A stretch of DNA of 64,000 nt from positions 37,696,001-37,760,000 of the forward strand of contig OX597831.1 in assembly GCA_951406725.2 (NCBI GenBank), given 5' to 3'. The position numbers and the translations under genes were made by a program. Shown piece after piece: positions 55,283 to 64,000 of this stretch (the first letter of the stretch is position 1; every line of letters begins with the position of its first letter). The notes below the pieces were generated by a model. That model searched no databases and had not been told where the DNA came from. It saw only the letters and a list, made by a program, of their open reading frames with translations. The stretch is from Octopus vulgaris. Taxonomy: Eukaryota.

Positions 55283-55858
55283 GTCCAGATATTTGCAATT
55301 CCTTTCTGCAATAAAGTCTATCCTTTCATATGGAAAATTAATGGCTAAGAATCTTTATGAAATAGTGAAATATATGATTATTTTAAAGAATATATTTCGG
55401 TAAGGCGTTTATTTTCTACATGTTGCAATTTGGATGGAATGTAATCCTCATTTCCATTTTTCTTTTTTTTTCTTCTTTTGGTTCCTTTCCGTATCCGTTT
55501 CTTCAATTTTCTTTTACTTTTATTTATGATTTTTTTTTCAAGCCTTGCTATCTTTTTTTTTTTTTGTTTTCTTTTATATAGTTTGCTTGTTTCTTATTTG
55601 AAATTATTTTCCATTCTTTGTAAAGAGTTTTCCTTTCAATTTATTCCTTAAACAATTCGTATTCAACACAAGCCCGCTAAACTGATCAAGCTATTAATCA
55701 TGGTTCACTTTTTAAAAATTCCTTTATTGTTTCCGACGAAATCAAATAACTATGATTTTTGAAGTCTTTCTAATTATTTACCGATTCATATATTCGTATA
55801 TTTATTATTACTGTTATTGTTGTTGCCGTTGTTGTTGTTGTTATTATTATTATTATTA

Positions 55859-55918
<60 letters not shown>

Positions 55919-56439
55919 TTTCTGTTTAGTCCACCATTCACCCCCTTTCCCTCTCTCTCTCTCTGTACCCTTCGCTGTCTTTCCTTCTCTCTCCCTTTCT
56001 GCTCTCACTCTCTCTCTCTCTCCCTCTCTTCCCACTTTCTCTTTCTCACTCTTATTTCGTTAAATCCCTTTGCAGAAATAAATCTTTAGAAAGTGATAGC
56101 TTAATGAAAACTTTTGAAATTATCTGCATGTAACAAAACAATAAGTTGGATTATGCGTTCTGCATTATAAAAGTATTCCAGCTGTATAAATGCGAAAATT
56201 ACCATTCCATGCAACAAAAGCTTTTTGATTTCTTTTACATGAAAATATATTACTCAATGCTTAAGATCTACAGCAATATATTTTAATTTATTTACATTCC
56301 AATGAAACAAAAATATCAGAAAGGTGATAATCAAATATTTCAATTTGATTCGTAGAAGGGAGTTACAATTAACATAAAATATTCTTAATAAGCGAAATAT
56401 TGCAACACGACTATAAAGTATTTTCATACTCTTTCTCAC

Positions 56440-56803
56440 TTTAATCTTTTACTTGTTTCAGTCATTTGACTATGGCCATACTGGAGCACCGCCTTTAGTC
56501 GAGCACATCGACCCCCCAGAACTTATTCTTTGTAAGCCTAGTACTTATTCTATCGGTCACTTTTGCCGAACCGCTAAGTAACGGGAACGTAAACACACCA
56601 GTATCGGTTGTCAAGCGATGTTGGGGGGACAAACACAGACACACAAATATACACACACATACACACATATATATACATATGACGAGCTTCTTTCAGTTTC
56701 CCTCTACCAAATGCACTCACAAGGCTATAGTAGAAGACACTTGCCCAAGGTGCCACGGAGTCGAACTGAACCCGGAACCATGTAGTTCGTAAGCAAGCTA
56801 CTA
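56440..56803 (-). mobile_element. SINE family A
   Basis: Near-full-length. Confidence 0.88.
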
Positions 56804-57049
56804 TATTTCATAAAATTTGTTATTTAGAGAGTACAAAGATTGTGTAGCTTTGCGGGCTTGACAAACACATTAATGAATGAAAATGAAATAAAATGAATAA
56901 ATGAGAGACGAAACCCAACACCCGCCGATTAGATTTTTCTTGAAAACATGTTTCAAACCTCTTACAAGAAGGAGGCACTAAAACCTCTTATTGAACATGT
57001 CTTTTTTAAATAGACAATTGAGGTTATAAACCACTACAAATAATACTAT

Positions 57050-58180
57050 AAGATGAGGTTTCAAACCCTCCAACGAGACTTTTTTTACCTCCTTCTCATC
57101 GTTATATCCATCGATATATTCATCATTATCTTCAATACCGCTTGAGTTCCTGTATCCCACCATTTCCCATGCCTCACTCATGTAGGACATCTAAGTCATT
57201 CCGGTGTAAGGGCCACCTGGCTATATGCGACAGTCCTCCCCAAATCCTTTAAGCCTTTCCCACAAGGGAAACCTTATGACCTCCACAGGTATCTGCGGAT
57301 GTCATTCGGTATCCCGTGTGAAGGGCATATTTACAGTCTCTTTCTGTTCTTCTATTTTTCCACCTCCCCGCCCTTGTAGAAAAAGATAATTAATTCATCA
57401 TCTTTAAGGGCGGGGGTCGTTTCTTCCACCGTGGGTGGCACAACTTCGGGACATGCAGACGGCACATCATCTCGCCCCTGACTTTGGGAGAATGGGGCTC
57501 TTCCGCTTTGTCCGGAGTCTCTCCCCCTCCTTCCGAAGCCTTAGGGTCCTTCGGCGGGCAACTATTGTTGCCCGCCTTCTTCCTTTTAAATCCTTTTTGG
57601 GTCGAGGAGGCTTCAGCCTTCTCAACCACAACCACCTCTTCCTTTGACCGGGTAGGGGAGGTGGCATCCAGTGTCTGTTCCAGGACGTTACCATGGTCCT
57701 TGGGGCATTTCTTTTTAATGTGGTCCGGCTGCAGGCACGAGTGTCACTGGTGGGTGGACGCCCCTCAAGTATCACCGGATACCTGCAGCCAGCCATTTAA
57801 AAAAACATCTTGAAAAACCAGATCTGTTGTGGCCGATGGGTTCCACAGGGTCAAAATCGCTTTTGACCCTTCTCAAATGACAGCCGGCAATACCCTTACA
57901 TTTAAGAGTCTGGGCCCGCTATCCCCCAGTCCCCGTCGGATGGTATTTTCAATCCAACCCGCCTCGGGTCGTAATTCTTATTTTTCTAATAGCTTCTTTC
58001 CTCGAATTGCTGCACTATCATCGTCCTGTTTTGATGTCTATAATATTCAGTCCTTTAAGCTTTCTGACAACCGACACCTTTTAAATGAAGTTGTAGGCCT
58101 CTTCTTTTCTTTCTTAGTAGGGCATTGCGCTAGAGTGATCTCAAGTGTTGTTTGGGGCAAAAAATCGCCGACAAAGAACT
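57050..58180 (-). mobile_element. Degraded L1/Tx1-type ORF1 (gag-like) remnant
   Basis: RYPVILEGRPP followed, after a frameshift, by (C>stop)HSCLQPDHIKKKCP = CX2CX4HX4C knuckle at ~57701-57746; GC-rich island. Confidence 0.6.
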
Positions 58181-58397
58181 AGTCTGTGATAAGTATCTGG
58201 TAGATCATATTATTCTATGTGGTGGTGAATTTGTAGAGGAGATGAACCATCGGAGAAAGTAGTTGACATTATTCCTACCGGTTTTCCATGTCCTACGTTC
58301 AAATCATAACGTCTTCAGCTTTATTTACCTTACATCATTTTGCAGTTGATAAATAAATCGGTAAATAACATACCACAATTGTTCTGACGTCTATTTC

Positions 58398-58465
<68 letters not shown>

Positions 58466-58472
<7 letters not shown>

Positions 58473-58608
58473 CAAATATAAAATATAAATTACAAAGTGG
58501 GACAAGAACGCAAAAACACACAAAGAGACGACTCAAAAACACAGACGGGTCACTCGCGTTCTTGTCCCACTTTGTAATTTATATTTTATATTTTATATTT
58601 GATTTCTA
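58466..58608. repeat. Short foldback element in (TA)n
   Basis: Arms 58466-58511 and 58556-58608 (7-bp internal duplication in right arm). Confidence 0.85.
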
Positions 58609-58664
58609 TATATATATTAAGGCGGCGTAATGTACCCCTATCTCCTATGTATATATATATATAT

Positions 58665-58767
58665 ATATGTCTTTTAAACTAACTCTACGTGTCACTTTCT
58701 CTCTCTCTCTTTCTCTCTCTACGTGTCTTTTAAACAATCTCTAAGTGCCACACCCTATGTCTCTCTG

Positions 58768-58800
<33 letters not shown>

Positions 58801-59155
58801 ACGTGTCTTTTAAACTAACTCTAGGTGCTACTCTCTCTCTCTCTCACTCTCTCTCTCTATACGTGTCTTTTAAACTACCTCTACGTGTCACTCTCTCCCT
58901 CTATATGTTTGTCTCTCTGTCTACCTCTGGTTCTATCTGTCTGCATTTCTCCCTCTCCCTCTTTCTCTCTACCTCTGCCTCTACCTACCTGCCTCTCTCT
59001 CTCTCTCTCTCTCGATGTCTCTCTCTCTCTCTCTGTCTTTGCCTCTATCTATCTGCGTCTCTCTTTCTCCCTCTCTCTCTTTCTGTCTACCTCAGCCTCT
59101 ACCTATCTGCCTCTCTCTCTCTCGCTATCTTTCTCTTTGCCTCGATCTGTCTGCT

Positions 59156-59190
<35 letters not shown>

Positions 59191-59226
59191 GTCGGCCTCT
59201 GCTTCAATCTGTTTGCATATCTCTCA

Positions 59227-59312
<86 letters not shown>
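58665..59312. repeat. Minisatellite (~60-bp unit ACGTGTCTTTTAAACTAACTCTA..(CT)n, ~4 copies) grading into a (CT)n tract
   Basis: Direct. Confidence 0.85.
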
Positions 59313-59315
<3 letters not shown>

Positions 59316-59687
59316 CACAAATCGGTTGTCAGCTAACGTGGGGAAGAAAAGGATGGCAGCTCTACATATAAAAAAAACACCAAAACTATTCCACGAAAAT
59401 TGATAGGTCTATTTTTTCAGCATAGTAATCTGAGAAAAATACTAGTAAGGTAATTCCGTGTCAACTATATTAACGCTAAAGGAGGGTTTGACTGATATTT
59501 TTTGTACAATAACCTGAATTCATATTCCTTAAAATATATTGCCCTTCGACCACCTCATTTCGCAAATAACTTCTCCGCTAGAAAAGACGTTGGTGGAATA
59601 TTCTACAGCTAACAATAATTAGGGATGCCTATGTTTGTCCTATTTTCCTTTTCGTTGAGAATTCAATGACTACTGTAGACCCATATA

Positions 59688-59902
59688 CTCTTACTCTTTT
59701 ACTCTTTTACTTGTTTCAGTCATTTGAGTGCTGCCATGCTGGAGCACCGCCTTTAATCGAGCAACTCGACACCGGGACTTATTATTTGTAAGCCCAGTAC
59801 TTATTCTATCGGTCTCTTTTGCCGAACCTCTAAGTGACGGGGACGTAAGCACACCAGCATCGGTTGTCAAGCTATGCTAGGGGGACAAACACAGACACAC
59901 AA

Positions 59903-59965
<63 letters not shown>

Positions 59966-60130
59966 TACGACAGGCTTCTTTCAGTTTCCGTCTACCAAAT
60001 CCACTCACAAGGCATTGGTCGGCTCGGGGCTATAGTAGAAGACACCTGCCCAAGATGCCACGCAGTGGGACTGAACCCGGAATCATGTGGTTGGTTAGCA
60101 AGCTACTTACTACACAGCCACTCCTGCGCC
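59688..60130 (-). mobile_element. SINE family A
   Basis: Full-length. Confidence 0.9.
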
Positions 60131-60381
60131 TATATCTTTATTTATCCGCTATTTCAGATAGCAAGTTGGGATTTGCTAGCAAGTTGGGATAGCAAGATGG
60201 CTGCTACATTTAACTTCTTAAATATGGAGTATCTAACTAAATAGAGCAATAGATAATCATTTAGCGACAGGTAAGCTCTATAAAGAAAGCCTGTTGTTAT
60301 TTCTCGCTTCCACCGACTATTTAGTGATTCTTGAATTTGATTCAGCACACATATATACATTGATATATACATATACAATGC

Positions 60382-60444
<63 letters not shown>

Positions 60445-60478
60445 GAAGTACTCTCTTTTTCTCTCTCTTTCTCTCTCC

Positions 60479-60539
<61 letters not shown>

Positions 60540-61190
60540 AATAATACAACGCATATATACAACGTATATACATTCACAGATATGTATATATATATACAGA
60601 GAGAGAGAGGGGGAGAAAGAAAGAGAGACATACATACTCTCTCTCTCTCTCTCTCTCACTTGCTCTTTCCGTCTCTCAGTCATTCTCTCTCTATACACAC
60701 ACACACACACATATATATATATAGGGAGAGAGAGAGGGAGACAGTAAGAGAGCGAAATGTACGTAGGTAGATAGATAGATAAATGGACAGACAGACAGAC
60801 AGATACATACATATATACATACATATATACATACATACATACTTACACTTACACATAGACATATGTATACGTATACACATAGAAATACATGGATTGAGAG
60901 ACTGACAGACATATAGATAGATACTAATACATGTAAGTAAGAACACACCTGAAATAGATCTTGAAGCCAAAGATTATTTATTCACAAGGTTATTAAAGAT
61001 AATTAGATTTATTAGGGATTATCTTCTGAAGTACGGGACTGTAAACATACCTTTGATATTCAATTAAATGGAAGTAAATAAATACACTTTTCCTCGAGGC
61101 TAGATTATGATTTTTATCTACATAGAGATATGCGCTCATACGAAGAGATATATATTTATAAATATTATTCACGTTGCATATAGACATATA

Positions 61191-61234
<44 letters not shown>

Positions 61235-61948
61235 ATCATGTGATTTGAATACATGTATATCTACATACACATATACGTATACATATACATATACATATAT
61301 CATATATATATTATATATATATATATTATTTATATTTATATAATTATGTACATATGTATACCTACATATATTTGCCTGTATACTTGGATGAGTGTGTTTT
61401 CCAATGAAAACACAAACAGTAAATATACATTAGTATATCATCATAAAGGTGCAATTATTACTAATGTCCAACACATAATATACCCTATAGCATCTAGAAA
61501 TAAGGTTATAGCTATGAGTAATTACAGGTGGCATTTATATAACATTTACACATACGACTTGCAGTTGTGTACATAAACATCGAAATATAATACCTACTTA
61601 TATATTATACTTAAATAATGCTATTACATTTTGTATAGTGCCGCTAACAAACGACACATAATTAAATGTCTGTGGAACATGAAATTTATTGAACGAAAGG
61701 AAGCAGATACGTTCTGTGTAATCGCTAATATAGACAACGCTATTATGTTTGAAATCGGTTGGTCACATGATAGCATATGCGTGCATGCATGTTTATATAT
61801 TCATGGGTGTGTCTGTGTGTGTGTGTGTGTGAGTGTGAGTTTACGTATAAATATATATATACTGATATAAATGCATATTTACTTATAAATATACAAATAT
61901 ATACGTATGAAACACACACACAGACACACATATATATACGTACACATA

Positions 61949-62090
<142 letters not shown>

Positions 62091-62151
62091 ATATATAATA
62101 TATATATATAAATATATATATACATGTATATACATACATGCATACATATTT

Positions 62152-62480
62152 AGGCGCAGGCGCGGCAGTATGGTTGAAGTCTTTTTCCAACCTCATAGTT
62201 CCGGGCAGAATAGAAACTTTTGGTGAATTTTGTGGACGGAAACTTAAAGTAGCCAGTAACATATACGCGCACGCGAGTGTGTTTTTTTTACTTGTACCTG
62301 CCTATGTACCTGCGTTTGTTCTGTCCCTCACCATCGCTTGAAAACCGGTGTTGGTTCCTTTATTTCTCTTTAGCGTTTTCGCAAAAAGTTGCCGATCGAA
62401 CAACACAGAAACTGTTTTTAAAAATAAGGAACTGGAGCAGACTTGCTTGAATAAAATATTCAAGGCAAGAATCTAATGAT
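62152..62480 (+). mobile_element. Old degraded SINE family A
   Basis: GGCGCAGGCGCGGCAGTATGG..GGACGGAAACT..CATCGCTTGAAAACCGGTG. Confidence 0.65.
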
Positions 62481-63112
62481 TAAGCAATAATAAATCTCTG
62501 AACGAGATGTAAACAGTAATCGCTCGACAACGTAAAGTATAATAGCCATCACAATATGGCTGACCACTAAGGGTGGGTGTTACTGTAGCTCATCGTCTCC
62601 AGCTGGCTTTAGGCACACTAATGATTGAAACATGAAAAAGTTTAAAAGAATATGTATTCGTTTTAAAGATTCCTAATTGGAGAGCGTATGTTGAAGCAGA
62701 TACTGTCATATTCTTTGATTTACAAAATAAGAACACGCATTATATATTCGTTCTTCGCTGTATTGTTGGTGTTATTTTAGTGTCCTTTGTTTAAAAACTT
62801 CCGTCACCTTTTCAGTAACTCTGTATTCCGTGTGTCTAGACGCTGAGGTTTTCACAGGAATGTATGATGAAAGATTTCTGTCCCAGAGTGAATGGACTAA
62901 ACTGTACAGTCGGAAAAGCGTTGAAAGGAGACTCACTGAAGTGTTCATAAAATATGTGACGCAGGAGTTCAAAGAAAGTATATTAAAACAAGAACAATAA
63001 TAAAGCTAAAGTGAAGAATATATAGTGCGTGTGTGTGGGGTTTTTCTGGGGTTTTTTTTGCAAACATGAACATCCCGAATATAACAATAAAAGTATATAT
63101 ATATATATATAT

Positions 63113-63490
63113 AGGAGCAGGAGTGGCTATATGACAAGTAGCTTGAATACCAAACACGTGGTCCTGGGTCAGTCCCACTGCGTGGCACCATGGGCAAGTG
63201 TCTTCTCCTATAGCCTCGGTCGACCAAAGACTTGTGAGAGGAATTGGTAGATGGAAACTGGAAGAAGACCGTCGTATATGCGTATATATGTGTGTGTTTG
63301 TTTGTTTGTGTGTCTGTGTTGTCCCCCCCAACATCGCTTGACAACAGATGCTGGTGTGTTTACGTCCTCGTAACTTAGCGGTTAGGCAAAAGTACTAGGC
63401 TTACAAAGAATAAGCTCTGAGGTGTATTTGCTTGACTAAAAGCGGTGCTCCAGCATGGCCGCAGTCAAATGACTGAAACAAGTAAAAGAG
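63113..63490 (+). mobile_element. SINE family A
   Basis: Full-length. Confidence 0.9.
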
Positions 63491-63519
63491 TATGTATATG
63501 TATAGAAGAAATATAAAAG

Positions 63520-63924
63520 GAGCAAAAATTTGGTTTAATCGCTCTTCATCGAACTCGACTGGACAGCCAGAACGAGGTGCATCTTTCATGTAAAAATTTG
63601 AACTTGGCATACCAATCTCGAGCGGTTCTTTCAGCTACGGTACCATCTCCATACACAGCACAAATGTCGCGAGCAGCTTTTGCGGCATTAGAACCTTGAT
63701 TAAAAGCGAAAAGAAGGAGGTGTCGAAAATGCTCGTTTTTTCTTAACTTCACATTCCATTTTAATGATCTGTAAATAAACAAAAAATAACTAAAATTAAC
63801 TAGAAAAAACATTTATTCTAAAATGAATCAAAATTTCAATTCTTGAAAAAAGTGGATTCCAAAATTTAAAAACGCAATAAATTCCAAAATCTAAGAAAAC
63901 GGCGGGAACTTAGTTGCCAACCCA

Positions 63925-63925
<1 letters not shown>
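63520..63925 (-). mobile_element. Mariner element 5' part (TIR + transposase N-terminal HTH)
   Basis: TIR TA-TTGGGTTGGCAACTAAGTTCCCGCCGTTTT; NEHFRHLLLFAFNQGSNAAKAARDICAVYGDGTVAERTARDWYAKFK..KDAPRSGCPVEFDEERLNQI. Confidence 0.88.
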
Positions 63926-63998
<73 letters not shown>

Positions 63999-64000
63999 AG

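Noticed and set aside
58665-58900. CRISPR-like repeat-spacer array
   Set aside because: Spacers are (CT)n; eukaryotic minisatellite with no cas genes

Overview
AT-rich, microsatellite-saturated eukaryotic DNA with no recognisable host exon. The repeat complement most resembles an octopus/coleoid cephalopod genome (inference). Nearly all ORF-track entries are (TA)n/(CA)n/(CT)n artefacts. Supported content: several tRNA-derived SINE families (~25 copies); a 5'-truncated R4/Dong-like RT+RLE LINE in a (TAA)n tract with two divergent 3' fragments nearby; CR1-, RTE-, Vingi- and L1/Tx1-like LINE remnants; Penelope-like (PLE) RT and GIY-YIG fragments; a non-autonomous Helitron; mariner/Tc1/hAT remnants; and MITEs, one carrying (CCCTAA)n. 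The most notable signal is a dispersed set of short non-coding foldback elements in (TA)n tracts, many carrying minimal hammerhead-ribozyme motifs. One hammerhead is fully canonical and two have compensatory changes of the 3-8 core pair (G3-C8, U3-A8). One group shares its terminus with the local Penelope element. All calls come from reading the sequence by eye; boundaries are approximate unless a TSD or TIR is given.
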